Origin: Candidatus Latescibacterota bacterium
GTDB lineage: Bacteria; Latescibacterota; UBA2968
Direction: 5' to 3'
Length of the DNA stretch: 64,000 bases
Assembly: GCA_965116885.1 (NCBI GenBank)
Contig: OZ220741.1
Location: 1,376,001-1,440,000 of the forward strand
Part shown: positions 62,611 to 64,000 of the stretch, piece after piece
How positions within the stretch are numbered: position 1 is the stretch's first letter
How the letters are laid out: every line of letters starts with the position of its first letter
The notes under the pieces: generated by a model
Database searches by the model: none
The model's input: only the letters and a program-made list of their open reading frames with translations
Told to the model about the DNA's origin: nothing
Program-made: the position numbers and the translations under genes

Positions 62611-64000
62611 ATGAACGAATTTGGACAGCGCAACAAGATCGTCGCTGGTCTGGTATTTTTTTTCACGACTATTATCTATCTCTCAACACTGGCACCTACT
62701 GTTGCATTTTGGGACTGCGGCGAGTTTATCACTACCGCTTATACTCTGGGCATTCCCCATCCCCCCGGCGCGCCATTCTATACTTTGCTGGGGCGTATTT
62801 TTTCCATGTTGCCATTTGGGGAAATCGCTTTTCGCGTGAATCTCCTGTCGGCCGCTGCTGGTATTGCCACAGTCGTTTTTATCTATTTGTGTACTGTCCG
62901 TTTGCTCTGCACATGGCTCGACCGCGAGAATACCGTCCACCAAATCGCTATTTTGGTCGGTGGTGTGGTTGCTTCCCTCAGTACGGCCTTTTCTTTTTCT
63001 TTTTGGAATAATGCCATCGAAGCCGAAGTTTATGGCCTGTCGATGTGTATTACCATGCTGGCGGTGTGGGTGGCTCTGCGCTGGGATGACGCGCACAAAG
63101 ACCACAATAGCGATCGCCTCTTGCTCTTTATTGCCTATCTTTTTGGACTCGGCGCGGGCGTACATCTTCAGTGTTTGCTCACCATTCCCGGTATTCTCAT
63201 TCTGCTTTTTACCGATTTGATGGAAGATCGGCCGCTCAAGCATCAGGTGCTCGTGGTCGTAGGGCTTACTCTCTACCCCTTTTTGTCTATTGTTTTTCCC
63301 ATTGGGGTCGCTGCACTCCTGACGGGTGCTGTTGTCATTGGGTTGCTCATTTTGAGACCTGAATGGCGCACTCCCCAATTCTGGCTTTTGGGCGTTATCA
63401 TCGGTGCGCTGGGTTTTTCCACGTATTTCGCCCTTTTTATTCGGTCGGGTCTCAATCCCATGATTGATATGAACGATCCCGAGACCTGGGAAAATTTCAA
63501 AGCATTTATGGGGCGTCAGCAATACGGAATCCACCTTGTTTTTCCACGCCGCGCCGAACCCTGGGCTTTTCAGTTTAATATTTTTATCAAATATTTTCTT
63601 CAGCAATTTCCGTTTTTCGATGGTATTTCCGCATATTTCCGCCGCGCCGTAGATGTTTATATGGGTCGATATGAGATTATTCACTTTTCTCTGATTACAC
63701 TCGCGCTCGGCATCGGCGGTGCTGTGTATCACCTGCGTAAGGATTGGAAACGCTTTGCTTCCCTTTTTGCCATGTTTGCCCTGATGGGCGTGGGTCTCGT
63801 GCTCTATCTCAATATGCCCGATCCAGAACCCCGCGAGCGCGAATATATTTTTGTGGGGGCTTATACATTTTTCGGTATCTGGATGGGCATTGGTGCCGCA
63901 GGTCTTATCGCTGAGGTGAAAAACAAGTCGCTGGCGGTTCTCGTGGCGGCTCTCATGCTGCTGGTGCCATCGGGTATTCTGGTGAAAAATTATCACGTAC
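62611..64000 (+). CDS. DUF2723 / TMEM260-like membrane glycosyltransferase (runs off the window end)
   Basis: Absent from the ORF track because it has no stop in the window; reads MNEFGQ...APTVAFWDCGEFI...LGIPHPPGAP, EAEVY, REREYIF. Confidence 0.9.
   Translation, partial: MNEFGQRNKIVAGLVFFFTTIIYLSTLAPTVAFWDCGEFITTAYTLGIPHPPGAPFYTLLGRIFSMLPFGEIAFRVNLLSAAAGIATVVFIYLCTVRLLCTWLDRENTVHQIAILVGGVVASLSTAFSFSFWNNAIEAEVYGLSMCITMLAVWVALRWDDAHKDHNSDRLLLFIAYLFGLGAGVHLQCLLTIPGILILLFTDLMEDRPLKHQVLVVVGLTLYPFLSIVFPIGVAALLTGAVVIGLLILRPEWRTPQFWLLGVIIGALGFSTYFALFIRSGLNPMIDMNDPETWENFKAFMGRQQYGIHLVFPRRAEPWAFQFNIFIKYFLQQFPFFDGISAYFRRAVDVYMGRYEIIHFSLITLALGIGGAVYHLRKDWKRFASLFAMFALMGVGLVLYLNMPDPEPREREYIFVGAYTFFGIWMGIGAAGLIAEVKNKSLAVLVAALMLLVPSGILVKNYHV

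Noticed and set aside
62683..63996. 437-aa minus-strand ORF and other long antisense ORFs (e.g. 8125-9324, 19722-21023, 21444-22910)
   Set aside because: They are antisense shadows of clearly recognisable genes and have no motifs of their own.

Overview
Bacterial chromosomal window with about 55 CDSs and no rRNA, tRNA, CRISPR array, integrase or transposase that I can see. The gene content (three sulfatases, two PhyH dioxygenases, DUF1080, ThuA, GWxTD-TPR, TonB receptor plus DUF4249, DUF2723, a short RpoD-type sigma lacking region 1.1, a satellite BMC gene) suggests an FCB-group lineage such as Latescibacterota/Gemmatimonadota; this is inference only. Housekeeping genes: nrdA, glgC, coaD, lon, a sigma-70 factor. 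The most unusual part is a roughly 11-kb defence-like island (28.1-39.5 kb) containing higBA, xre-res, a PLD-nuclease/P-loop NTPase fusion, an AlbA_2(Schlafen)-HATPase-HTH protein, a SIR2-TPR protein and a truncated Fic. These genes are interleaved with short diverged fragments of island genes, and two of those fragments supply the start and stop codons of an amino-acid symporter. Non-coding signals include tandem NrdR boxes and a structured nrdA leader, a leader-ORF/antiterminator/terminator arrangement upstream of the BMC gene, a sigma-54 promoter for lon, a YtrA-type operator, a probably leaderless higB, and three families of short interspersed repeats. All family assignments come from motif recognition by eye, not database searches.
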